Below, in pieces: positions 47,365 through 60,683 of a stretch of DNA of 64,000 nucleotides. Under the pieces are notes generated by a model. It did no database searches. It had not been told where the DNA came from and saw only the letters and a program-made list of their open reading frames with translations. Origin of the DNA: Bacteroidia bacterium (GTDB taxonomy: Bacteria; Bacteroidota; Bacteroidia; NS11-12g; UBA9320); the NCBI GenBank assembly GCA_965216465.1, contig CBDCFW010000006.1, positions 992,001 to 1,056,000 on the forward strand, read 5' to 3'. Numbering within the stretch: the stretch's first letter is position 1; each line of letters starts with the position of its first letter. The translations under genes were made by a program, and so were the position numbers.

Positions 47365-49056
47365 TTGACGAAAGAGTTATACATAGCACCCATCTTGTCT
47401 ATTGGTGAAAAAGATGAATCAAATTTTCATTTGTTCGATGGTATTCGAACAGGAGTTGTAAATCAATTGGTAAGCATCAAAGCATTTAAGGTACTGTCAG
47501 AGGCTTCAGACCTTGAAGATGGATATAAGGGCTATGTTGTAAACTCCAGTTGTTCAATTCTGAAGAATCAAGTGTATTTGTTAATTCGCCTGATACAGAA
47601 AGAAAAAACCATTGCTCACAAGTCTTTTGAAGGAAAAGTGTCTGATTTAAATCTTCTTCATAATCAGGTAGCACGATTTGTGGTTAATCAAATTCTTGGT
47701 CGATCTAAATCAACTATTAAAACTGCTGAAACAATTTCTACTAAGGCAAATCAACTCTATCTTTTAGCGGAATTCAATTTTAAGAAAGGCAATCCAGAAG
47801 CATTGGCCAAATCCAAAGAGCTTTACGAACAAGTATTGAAGCACGAACCTAACTTTTCATATGGTCACTCGGGCTATGCTAAGGTTCTGTTTAATTTGAT
47901 TCGATACAATCAACTTTCTACTAAAGTATACCAAACCGCAATGGAATGCTTGTCGGCAGCAATGGATAGTGACCCCGAGAATATTGAGGCTTATACTACA
48001 CGAGCTATGTTTGCCATGTATATTGAGAAAGACTTTCCAAAGGCGGGTGTATTCTTCGAAAATGCATTGGCTTTAAAAAAAGACTACGCCACGGTGTACA
48101 GAGAATACATTTGGTATCTAGCGGCATTAGGAAAGTACAATGAGGCTATAAAGTTGGTTGACATTGCACTCGATTACGACCCCTTGTCTCTAGATCTTAG
48201 ATGCTCAAAAGGTGACCTGTTTAGATACGCAGATAAGTTCGACGAAGCTTTGTTCTGTTATCAAGATGCTTTTCAAATGGACCCGAATTACAGAAGATGC
48301 ATTATTGGTTTAATTTCTTGTTATAAGCACAAACAAAACCAAGATCGAGCAAAGTACTATTTGGATTTGTACCTATCTAAACTAGCCAACCCATTAGCGG
48401 GGTATGGAAGTGCAGGTGCTTATGCCATTTGGTTTGGAGATCAAGAATTGTTGAAACTTGCGGAAGAAAAACTGCAGGAGCGTTCTGTAAAAGAGCCCGA
48501 TGTTGACCTTACAGCAGATTATCTTTTTATGTATGGTCATGAAGCATCTGATATAGCAATTCATTATCTGAAGAAGATGTATGCAAGTGGTGGCGGTTTG
48601 ATATCTGTGATTTGCGATCCAACTTTGTCAAAATTGAGAGAGAGTGATGCATATAAAGAAGTTACTGCGGATCTTGATTTATCCGATAGCACATCTATTA
48701 AGTTTGAATCACCAGATCGCATCATTCACATTCAATCTGAGCTTTCAGAAAGTTTGACCATTCCAAAAGTGTCATTCTTGTATGGTGAAGCTGAAGGAAA
48801 CTACACGCACATCTTTTATAAAAAAGGGCTGAATATAGCCTCGCACCTTATGCGTGTGAAAATATCTTCACTCGAAAAACAACTAGCCATAGAAGGAATT
48901 GAAAGAATTCACAAGTCGTATCTTGTGAATATTAGAGGAGCCAACTACAAACTTAAAGGCAACGCCCGTGAAGCTTACTTAGTTGATAGCTCCTTCGATC
49001 TAGAACTTCCTGTTTCCAGAACGCGGTTTTCAGAGCTTAAGAAAACACTGGGGTAA
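47365..49056 (+). CDS. Putative one-component regulator: TolB-N-like domain, TPR repeats, C-terminal LytTR DNA-binding domain
   Basis: N-terminal IAPI..LFDGIRTGVVNQL pattern; TPRs (ALDYDPLS, AFQMDPNY); LytTR motifs EAEGNYT, RIHKSYLVN, LPVSR. Confidence 0.8.
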   Translation: MTKELYIAPILSIGEKDESNFHLFDGIRTGVVNQLVSIKAFKVLSEASDLEDGYKGYVVNSSCSILKNQVYLLIRLIQKEKTIAHKSFEGKVSDLNLLHNQVARFVVNQILGRSKSTIKTAETISTKANQLYLLAEFNFKKGNPEALAKSKELYEQVLKHEPNFSYGHSGYAKVLFNLIRYNQLSTKVYQTAMECLSAAMDSDPENIEAYTTRAMFAMYIEKDFPKAGVFFENALALKKDYATVYREYIWYLAALGKYNEAIKLVDIALDYDPLSLDLRCSKGDLFRYADKFDEALFCYQDAFQMDPNYRRCIIGLISCYKHKQNQDRAKYYLDLYLSKLANPLAGYGSAGAYAIWFGDQELLKLAEEKLQERSVKEPDVDLTADYLFMYGHEASDIAIHYLKKMYASGGGLISVICDPTLSKLRESDAYKEVTADLDLSDSTSIKFESPDRIIHIQSELSESLTIPKVSFLYGEAEGNYTHIFYKKGLNIASHLMRVKISSLEKQLAIEGIERIHKSYLVNIRGANYKLKGNAREAYLVDSSFDLELPVSRTRFSELKKTLG

Positions 49057-49159
49057 TTCCCATACGTACCAAAGATTTACATTTCGTAACAAAGTACGAA
49101 AGGGAAAGCTATTTTGCACGTTGATTTGAACAAGAATTTATAGGCATAAATAGTTTAGA

Positions 49160-49828
49160 ATGATAGAATCATCAACACTTAAATTTTTAAGATCGCTCGA
49201 GGCGAACAATAACCGCGAATGGTTTCAAGATCATAAATCAGAGTATAACAAAGCCAAGTCTAATGTTGAAGATTTGGTCATGGCATTAGAGAATGAGTTG
49301 AATAAAACAGACAAAATTGAAGCTCATAAACTCTATAGGATTTATCGTGACGTTCGCTTTTCAAATGATAAAACACCTTATAAATCATGGTTCAGTGGAT
49401 ACTTCAAACGAAGCGGAGCGGAACGCAGAGGAGGATATTATTTCAGCATTCAGCCAGAAGGCACTGTAATTGGAGGAGGGTTTTACGGACCCAATAAAGA
49501 AGATCTGCTTCGAATTAGAAAGGAGTTTGAGGCTGACGGCAATACAATAGAATCGATAGTAAAAGACCCTCGATTTATTAAACATTTCAATCAGATGGAA
49601 GGAAGCGAAGTGTCTACAGCACCAAAAGGATTTCAAAGAGATCATCCAAACATTAAGTGGATTCGCAAAAAGCAACTTTATGCATTCGAGCATTTTTCTG
49701 ATTCAGAGGTAACATCCAAAAATTTTGTTCAAGACGCAGCAAAAAGCTTTAAGGCAATTAGACCATTTTTTGACTATATGTCTGATGTGTTAACCACAAA
49801 TCTCAATGGGGAGAGTGTTTTAAAATGA
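49160..49828 (+). CDS. DUF2461 family protein
   Basis: FLRSLEANNNREWF, RIYRDVRFSNDKTPYK, APKGF..DHP motifs. Confidence 0.88.
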   Translation: MIESSTLKFLRSLEANNNREWFQDHKSEYNKAKSNVEDLVMALENELNKTDKIEAHKLYRIYRDVRFSNDKTPYKSWFSGYFKRSGAERRGGYYFSIQPEGTVIGGGFYGPNKEDLLRIRKEFEADGNTIESIVKDPRFIKHFNQMEGSEVSTAPKGFQRDHPNIKWIRKKQLYAFEHFSDSEVTSKNFVQDAAKSFKAIRPFFDYMSDVLTTNLNGESVLK

Positions 49829-50964
49829 TTGAAAACTATTTAAAAATAAGAGCTCATACCGAAGCACTGTGTGAGCCTCTTGAGCTGGAAGATTATAGCG
49901 TACAGCCCATGCTCGACGTGTCACCACCAAAATGGCACTTGGCTCATATAACATGGTTCTTTGAGCAGTTCTTGCTAACGGAGTACTACCCTGATTATAA
50001 GGTGTATAATGAGGATTATGCGTACTTATTTAATAGCTACTATAACAATGTAGGAGATCGGGTGATTCGTGCAAATCGAGGGTTGATGACTCGTCCTGCG
50101 GTGAGCGATATTTTAGCTTATCGGAAATATGTAGACCAACACATGGTTAAACTTCTTGAAAAGGGAATTGATAAAACCGCTCAGGAGGTATTGGCCTTGG
50201 GGTTGAATCACGAGCAACAGCACCAAGAGTTATTGGCCTACGACATTAAATATATTTTGGGCAATCAAGTAACCTTCCCAAAATATGGCGATGGATTTGC
50301 TTTAAATCCTGAGAAGACCGAAGGTTTCACGCGAGTGGAAGAAGGAGTATACGAAATTGGTTATGAAGGGGAGGACTTTCATTTCGATAATGAGAGAGGT
50401 AGACACAAAGTATACCTTCACGAATTTGAAATTTCCAATCGTTTGATAACGAATGGAGAATGGAAAAAATTCATTAAAGATAGTGGGTATAAAAACTTCA
50501 ATTTCTGGCATGCCGAAGGATGGGATTGGGTAAACGATAACAAAATTGAAGCCCCGTTGTATTGGCACTGGCACAATGATGAGTGGCATTATTACAACAT
50601 GGAAGGGTTGCAGCCTGTTCGAGATGATCTGCCAGTAATGAATATTAGCTTATTTGAGGCTTTTGCCTTCGCTGAATGGAAGGGAATGCGCCTGCCAACC
50701 GAAGCAGAGTGGGAAGTAGCCGCTGACCATTTTAATTGGGGACAGGTTTGGGAATGGACGAATAGCGCTTATTTACCATATCCCGGATATAAAAAAGAGG
50801 AGGGAGCAATTGGGGAGTACAACGGTAAGTTCATGGTCAACCAAAAAGTGTTGAAAGGCGGATCGGTTGCCACTCCTAAAAATCACACTAGAAAAACATA
50901 CCGGAACTTTTTTCATCCTCATGTGAGATGGCAGTTTTCGGGTTTAAGATTAGTTAAGAAATGA
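49825..50964 (+). CDS. egtB: Ergothioneine biosynthesis sulfoxide synthase EgtB
   Basis: DinB-like SPPKWHLAH..WFFE, FNSYY, Fe-binding HEQQHQE; FGE-like RLPTEAEWE, VWEWT, GEYNGKFM, YRNFF. Confidence 0.92.
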   Translation: MIENYLKIRAHTEALCEPLELEDYSVQPMLDVSPPKWHLAHITWFFEQFLLTEYYPDYKVYNEDYAYLFNSYYNNVGDRVIRANRGLMTRPAVSDILAYRKYVDQHMVKLLEKGIDKTAQEVLALGLNHEQQHQELLAYDIKYILGNQVTFPKYGDGFALNPEKTEGFTRVEEGVYEIGYEGEDFHFDNERGRHKVYLHEFEISNRLITNGEWKKFIKDSGYKNFNFWHAEGWDWVNDNKIEAPLYWHWHNDEWHYYNMEGLQPVRDDLPVMNISLFEAFAFAEWKGMRLPTEAEWEVAADHFNWGQVWEWTNSAYLPYPGYKKEEGAIGEYNGKFMVNQKVLKGGSVATPKNHTRKTYRNFFHPHVRWQFSGLRLVKK

Positions 50965-51926
50965 AAATGATTAATACAGAAACACAAGTTGAATTTGCAA
51001 GCGATGTTGATAGTGGGTTAAGCACCTATCCTAAAAAGCTAAGCAGTAAATATTTTTATAACGACCAGGGCGATAAACTTTTTCAGCAAATTATGGCCAT
51101 GCCAAGCTACTATGTAACCGATGCTGAAATTGAAATTCTAAAAACGCATGGAAAAAGCATTGCTCGAGCAATGAACACAAATGGTCATCTCAATATTTTT
51201 GAGCTTGGTGCTGGAGATGGAACTAAAACAATACTGTTTTTAGAGTCTTTAGAAGAATTGAATATCGACTATACCTACTACCCAATTGATATTTCAGCTG
51301 ATGTTTTGCAGACATGCGAAAACAATGTGAGAGATAGGTTCTCAGATGCAAAGGTTGAAGGTGTTAACTTGTCGTATGACGACGCGTTAGATAGTTTACT
51401 GCTTACGGAAGATAGCACCAATTTGGTCATGTTCTTAGGGTCAAACCTTGGAAACTTGTACCACAAAGAGGCAATAACATTTTTAGAGAAGATTAGCAGA
51501 TCCCTCAATGCTAACGACTATCTATTGATGGGATTAGACAGCATGAAAGACCCTGAAGTAATTCTTGAAGCGTACAATGATAAAGAAGGGATTACTAAGG
51601 CTTTCAATTTGAATCTTCTTACTCGAATAAATGAAGAATTAGGCGGCAACTTCAATACAGAAAACTATAAACACTGGCCTGTATACGACCCAGAAAGTGG
51701 AACTACAACGAGTTATTTGGTTAGTACAGTTGAGCAGGAGGTTCATGTTGCGGCCCTCAATAAGACCTATAAGTTCGATAAATGGGAGTCGATTCATACT
51801 GAAATTTCTCAGAAATATGATGAAACCACAATAGAGTGGCTTTGCCAAATGTCAGGATTATCACTTCATTCGATTTATTCTAATGAGAAAAATGAATTTT
51901 TCGAATGTTTAATTAAGAAGAGATGA
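50961..51926 (+). CDS. egtD: L-histidine N-alpha-trimethyltransferase EgtD
   Basis: KKLSSKYFY, PSYYVT..E, ELGAGDGTKT, FLGSNLGN, AYND..G.T..FNLN, ESIHTEISQKY. Confidence 0.93.
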   Translation: MKMINTETQVEFASDVDSGLSTYPKKLSSKYFYNDQGDKLFQQIMAMPSYYVTDAEIEILKTHGKSIARAMNTNGHLNIFELGAGDGTKTILFLESLEELNIDYTYYPIDISADVLQTCENNVRDRFSDAKVEGVNLSYDDALDSLLLTEDSTNLVMFLGSNLGNLYHKEAITFLEKISRSLNANDYLLMGLDSMKDPEVILEAYNDKEGITKAFNLNLLTRINEELGGNFNTENYKHWPVYDPESGTTTSYLVSTVEQEVHVAALNKTYKFDKWESIHTEISQKYDETTIEWLCQMSGLSLHSIYSNEKNEFFECLIKKR

Positions 51927-52204
51927 AAGCAATTTGGAATGACAAAATTTTAGCAGAAAGTGACGATACGATTGTTATAGAGGGCAATCATTATTTCCCT
52001 GAAGATTCAATCAATAAAGAGTATTTTGTGAACAGCGATACGCATACAGTTTGCCATTGGAAAGGGGTGGCCTCATATTACACCTTAAATGTTGATGGTC
52101 AGCAAAATCCAGATGCTGCTTGGTATTATCCAGAGACACGAGAATTGGCGAAGCACATCGAAGGATATATCGCATTCTGGCACGGTGTTGAAATCGTTGA
52201 ATAA
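51923..52204 (+). CDS. DUF427 domain protein
   Basis: EGNHYFP, CHWKGVASYY, AAWYYP, IAFW. Confidence 0.88.
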   Translation: MKAIWNDKILAESDDTIVIEGNHYFPEDSINKEYFVNSDTHTVCHWKGVASYYTLNVDGQQNPDAAWYYPETRELAKHIEGYIAFWHGVEIVE

Positions 52205-52224
52205 AATAATTGTACCTTTAACCT

Positions 52225-52371
52225 ATGAAAAATGTATTAATCTTCTTGATCGTTTTGATTGGGGTTGTTATGATTTATTTAGGAGCAACTGGCCCTAAAT
52301 TAATGCTTCCTCCGATTTTATCAGGAGTAGCATTTATCCTGATTGCCATTATGCTTTATAGCAAAGAATAG
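52225..52371 (+). CDS. Small two-TM membrane protein (48 aa), not in the ORF track
   Basis: MKNVLIFLIVLIGVVMIYLGATGPKLMLPPILSGVAFILIAIMLYSKE; TACCTTTA promoter-like element 4 nt before the ATG. Confidence 0.65.
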   Translation: MKNVLIFLIVLIGVVMIYLGATGPKLMLPPILSGVAFILIAIMLYSKE

Positions 52372-53458
52372 CATCAATAAATCGATCGATATCATCTTCA
52401 TTATTGTAGTAATGAACCCCAAGTCTTATGTTGCCTCCACGCTCTGAGGTTTCAATTTTATTGTTAGCCAAGTGCTCAAATAACCCAGGTTTACTTGCAA
52501 TAGAGATAATGCCAAGTCTATTTTCTTGATGGAAGTCACCTACTACAACCACCTCATTTTGCTCAAGTCTATCAGTGAGATAATCCATTAGCTCGTTTAT
52601 TCTCGTATGAATATTGTCTTGGCCGATTTCTTCTATTTGGGATAAGGCAAAGTGCATTCTATTAAAAGCGTCGTGGTCGTGATGGCCTGGTTCAAAGCAC
52701 TTTATTCCAGGTATAAATTCAGGAATGTTACCGTTCCATGAATTGCTATTGAATCCAGCGGTTTTAACTGGAAACCTAGTTAAGCATTCTTCGGAAGCAT
52801 AAATAAATCCATTTCCGAAACCAGCAAGACTCCACTTGTAGCAACTTGCTCCAAGCAAATCAATATTGCATTTGGCTACATCAATAGATATTGCACCAAA
52901 GCTTTGCGTTGCATCAACCACAAAAGTACAGTTGTAATTGTTGCATATATTTCCAATTGTTTCTAAGTCGCAGAGAAAACCAGTTAACCACTGACAATGA
53001 CTTATCGCCAAAATCTCGGGTTTCACTTCTTTAACTAAAGTCTCAAGTTTGACAAGGTCTAAAGTAGAGTCAGGTTCAAAATCTAAATAATGAAGCTTGA
53101 AATTTCCTTGTTCAAAGGGCATGTTTAGCGAAGGGTAATCGCTATTGAACAACACAACTTTGGTGTCTTTTGGTAGCGAGTTAACAAAAAAGTTAATTCC
53201 TACTGAGAAGTTTTGAACCAAAGCAATATCGCTTGAAGATGAATTTATCAATCTCCCCACCTGATCTTTTATTGCGGGGACCGTCTTAAACATAAAATCC
53301 ATTCGGTAATCCCACGGATTTGCTGTAAACTTCTTAGCTTCACCTGCTACATGATCTAAAGTCACTGATGATGGGATTCCGTTAGCTGGAGAATTAAGAT
53401 ACACCCCACTTCCTTGAATATTAGCCACGTGATTAAGACGCAAGTCGTTCCAATTCAT
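52349..53458 (-). CDS. Class V PLP-dependent enzyme (candidate C-S lyase)
   Basis: VYLNS, VDATQSFG, SCYKW (PLP lysine), IRLGVHYYN; no NifS/SufS catalytic Cys loop seen; ATG 53458 preferred. Confidence 0.8.
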   Translation of the reverse strand: MNWNDLRLNHVANIQGSGVYLNSPANGIPSSVTLDHVAGEAKKFTANPWDYRMDFMFKTVPAIKDQVGRLINSSSSDIALVQNFSVGINFFVNSLPKDTKVVLFNSDYPSLNMPFEQGNFKLHYLDFEPDSTLDLVKLETLVKEVKPEILAISHCQWLTGFLCDLETIGNICNNYNCTFVVDATQSFGAISIDVAKCNIDLLGASCYKWSLAGFGNGFIYASEECLTRFPVKTAGFNSNSWNGNIPEFIPGIKCFEPGHHDHDAFNRMHFALSQIEEIGQDNIHTRINELMDYLTDRLEQNEVVVVGDFHQENRLGIISIASKPGLFEHLANNKIETSERGGNIRLGVHYYNNEDDIDRFIDAILCYKA

Positions 53459-53471
53459 GAGGTAAAAGTAC

Positions 53472-53501
53472 AAAAAAAGGCCCTTGCTTAAACAAGGGCC
53501 T
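53472..53501 (-). terminator. Intrinsic terminator of the TonB receptor gene
   Basis: AGGCCCTTG-N6-CAAGGGCCT stem with a T-run on the minus strand. Confidence 0.8.
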
Positions 53502-53508
53502 AAAAGTT

Positions 53509-55956
53509 TTAAAGTGTTATTCCGACCTTCAACATCCAGTTAAAGCCAGCCATGGGATAGAGGTAGTTGAAATCTGCTCGTTCTCCTCCGAGGTAGCCGC
53601 TAAATGTATATCCGTTTGGAGCGTAATATTGATTTAGGACATTATTTAAAAAGAAGCTCACATTCATTTTTGCAATACCTGGAACATCGTTTGTTTCGTA
53701 GTTTATACTTGCATCAATGTTGGTGAAAGCATCCAGCGAACGTTCGTCACTAGAGGTGTTATCCAAATACTGCTTTCCAACATACTTTCCTTGAACATTA
53801 AAACTAAGCGGAGAATTAGGTTTGTATCCAAGAATTATAGCCGCAATGGTATTTGGAGAAAAAGAAATGTCTGTATTCTCGTGATGGTCTATTAAATCAA
53901 AATTGCCGTCCCAAGCAACAACATATTCAGTGAATTCTGCAATTTTGTTTTGTGCGAAGGTAGCATTACCACCTACTTGAAGCTTTTTGGTTAACGGGTA
54001 TTGAAACTGCATTTCAATTCCCCTTCTGAAACTCTCTTCAACATTGGTTCTAATTGCTTCTCCTACATCATTTACTGCACCAGTTAAAACCAATTGATTG
54101 GTGTAGTCCATGCTATAAATGTTAATGCCAAACTGTTTTCTTCCGCTTTCAAATTTGTAACCAGCCTCAATGTTATTCATTTCTTCGTGTTGTGGCCAGT
54201 CGTCGGTTTTGTTATCTCTAAAATCATCGCGAACAGGTTCACGATTCCCTCTTGCCCAAACGGCGTAGAAAGTGTTGTTTTTTAGCAAATAAGTTAATCC
54301 TAACTTGGGGTTAAAGAACACATAATTTACATCTTGTTGCTCCAACTCCAGATTGTTGTTTAGTCCTTCAAAGTCGTAATTGATGAAACGGTATTGCAGA
54401 TCAATAAATGGAATTAAGTTTTTGTAATTGTAGCTTTTCTTTACAAAGAAGTTTGCATCTTGCTTAGTTGCGTTGTTGTCGTAGTAGATGGCATTGATTT
54501 CTTCATATGCTGTAAATTCTGTTGAAATCGCCTCGCCAAAATGACGGTTTTCATAATGGCTAAAACCACCACCAACTGTAATGTCAAACTTGTTTTTCTT
54601 GTAGTTTGCACTGGCAATTATTCCTTTAAGCGTGTTATCTAACCAACGTCTACGCACAATGTCAGAAATGGTGATCGTATCTCGGCCATTTATCTGATCA
54701 GCAATTCCATAGTCGGCTAAGTCTTCGCCACCTTTAAATTGCTCAAAGTAACCTTTACCTGTTGTGAGAAAAGCTGCAGAACTTACTTTTATAGCAGAAG
54801 AAACCTCATAGTCATAGAACAATTGATAGTGATTTTGATTGTAATTGTCTACCTCGTTCTCGTACGTGTAGTAGTTGTAGGTCTTGCTGTTGGAGTTGAT
54901 TAAATTTTGTAGGTCATCCCCGCCAATCCATAGTTGGTTAACATAACGATTGAGTTCAGCAGTATTTTGTTCAAATTTAGGTTCCGGTATACCCCACCAT
55001 GCTTGATAAGTACGTTCATGACCAAGTAGGATGTTTGTTTTTAGAACAGATTTGTCCCAGTGTTTTGCACCTGTAAAATTGAATGATTTTAAGTTTGATG
55101 ATGCTCGATCGATGAAACCATCACTGGCAATTAAACTGCCTCTGAATTGGTAAGCCCATCCTTTTTCTAGCATGCCACTTGCATAGCCAAATGTTACTCG
55201 AGACGTATTAAAACTTCCTAGTCCTAGGCTTGCTACGGTTGTTTGTTTTTTAGCAATTTCACTGGTTCTTATGTTAACGCTTGCTCCAAATGCTGCAGCA
55301 CCATTTGTGCTGGTTCCAATTCCTCTTTGAACTTGAACACTTTGAGTTGATGAAGCAAGGTCAGGTAAGTTAACCCAGTACGTACCTTGACTTTCAGCAT
55401 CATTTAGTGGGATGCCGTTGATGGTTATGTTTACACGAGTTGGGTCAATTCCTCTAATTCGAATACCGGTATATCCAACTCCGTTGCCGGCGTCTGAAGA
55501 AATTACAGTACTTGGAGTGAGGTTAAGCAAAAAAGGGAAATCCTTGCTTTGGTCGAGGGTTTCAATCTGTTTTCGATCTAGATTAGTGAAAGTAGTTGGC
55601 GAAGTTCGAGAGGCCCTAACAGTTGAGATAATGGCGGCGTCAATAAACTCCATGTCATCTACAAAATGATAGGTCTCGTTATAATCGCTATACAACTCAA
55701 TGGTTCTAACCAAAGTACTCATACCGATATGGGAAATAGATAAAGTGTAACGACCTTTTTCCACATTCTCAATTTTAAATGAGCCATTCGGAGTTGAGTA
55801 GGTGGTGTAGGTGTTTTGGTCGTTCTTGATTCGGATAAATGCAGATTCAACTGGTGTGAGTGATTCTGAACTTTTTAATTGTCCCGAAAAAGTGATTTGG
55901 GCAATCGACAACCTGGTTGTCATCGCCAACAAAGTGAAAATTAATATTTTTTTCAT
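53509..55956 (-). CDS. TonB-dependent receptor, probably thiamine uptake
   Basis: Signal peptide, carboxypeptidase-regulatory-like N-domain, plug (SDAGNGVGYT.IRIRG..RVNITINGIPLNDAES), beta-barrel; TPP riboswitch upstream. Confidence 0.88.
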   Translation of the reverse strand: MKKILIFTLLAMTTRLSIAQITFSGQLKSSESLTPVESAFIRIKNDQNTYTTYSTPNGSFKIENVEKGRYTLSISHIGMSTLVRTIELYSDYNETYHFVDDMEFIDAAIISTVRASRTSPTTFTNLDRKQIETLDQSKDFPFLLNLTPSTVISSDAGNGVGYTGIRIRGIDPTRVNITINGIPLNDAESQGTYWVNLPDLASSTQSVQVQRGIGTSTNGAAAFGASVNIRTSEIAKKQTTVASLGLGSFNTSRVTFGYASGMLEKGWAYQFRGSLIASDGFIDRASSNLKSFNFTGAKHWDKSVLKTNILLGHERTYQAWWGIPEPKFEQNTAELNRYVNQLWIGGDDLQNLINSNSKTYNYYTYENEVDNYNQNHYQLFYDYEVSSAIKVSSAAFLTTGKGYFEQFKGGEDLADYGIADQINGRDTITISDIVRRRWLDNTLKGIIASANYKKNKFDITVGGGFSHYENRHFGEAISTEFTAYEEINAIYYDNNATKQDANFFVKKSYNYKNLIPFIDLQYRFINYDFEGLNNNLELEQQDVNYVFFNPKLGLTYLLKNNTFYAVWARGNREPVRDDFRDNKTDDWPQHEEMNNIEAGYKFESGRKQFGINIYSMDYTNQLVLTGAVNDVGEAIRTNVEESFRRGIEMQFQYPLTKKLQVGGNATFAQNKIAEFTEYVVAWDGNFDLIDHHENTDISFSPNTIAAIILGYKPNSPLSFNVQGKYVGKQYLDNTSSDERSLDAFTNIDASINYETNDVPGIAKMNVSFFLNNVLNQYYAPNGYTFSGYLGGERADFNYLYPMAGFNWMLKVGITL

Positions 55957-56001
55957 TCCTGTATAATTAAACAGGAGTTGAGAGATACTGTAAAGTATGT
56001 T

Positions 56002-56082
56002 AATTCCTACGGCAGCATTACCTGCATCAGGTGTATGGGTATCATCTCAGCAATACCGCAATGCGGTAAAGCACCCCTTTCT
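56002..56082 (-). ncRNA. TPP (THI-box) riboswitch
   Basis: Minus strand GGGGTGC...GCTGAGA...ACCC...ACCTGAT.CAGGTAATGCTG.CGTAGGAA, matching the TPP aptamer core, upstream of the TonB receptor. Confidence 0.93.
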
Positions 56083-56229
56083 GGGTGCAAAGGAATTAAA
56101 AACTTAGCAATACCATTTAAAATTATTGAAAAAGTGCCTTGGAAGCTGTTTGAGAACAGAACATTTTATCCCAATAATATGGTGATGTAAAATGGCTTAA
56201 CTACTTTCGTGGCCTTATTTGATTTCAGC

Positions 56230-60683
<4,454 letters not shown>

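Noticed and set aside
47174-49056. tRNA-integrated genomic island or prophage
   Set aside because: No integrase, no duplicated tRNA-Pro 3' end seen, and the LytTR gene lies on the 5' side of the tRNA.
49825-50964. Selenoneine (SenA) or ovothiol (OvoA) synthase
   Set aside because: No senB glycosyltransferase or selD nearby, no fused C-terminal methyltransferase, and it is coupled to a canonical egtD.
52089-52298. 69-aa ORF overlapping DUF427
   Set aside because: Out-of-frame shadow of DUF427 and of the better-supported 48-aa ORF at 52225.
55978-56190. 70-aa ORF on the plus strand
   Set aside because: It is antisense to the TPP riboswitch and has no protein-like features.
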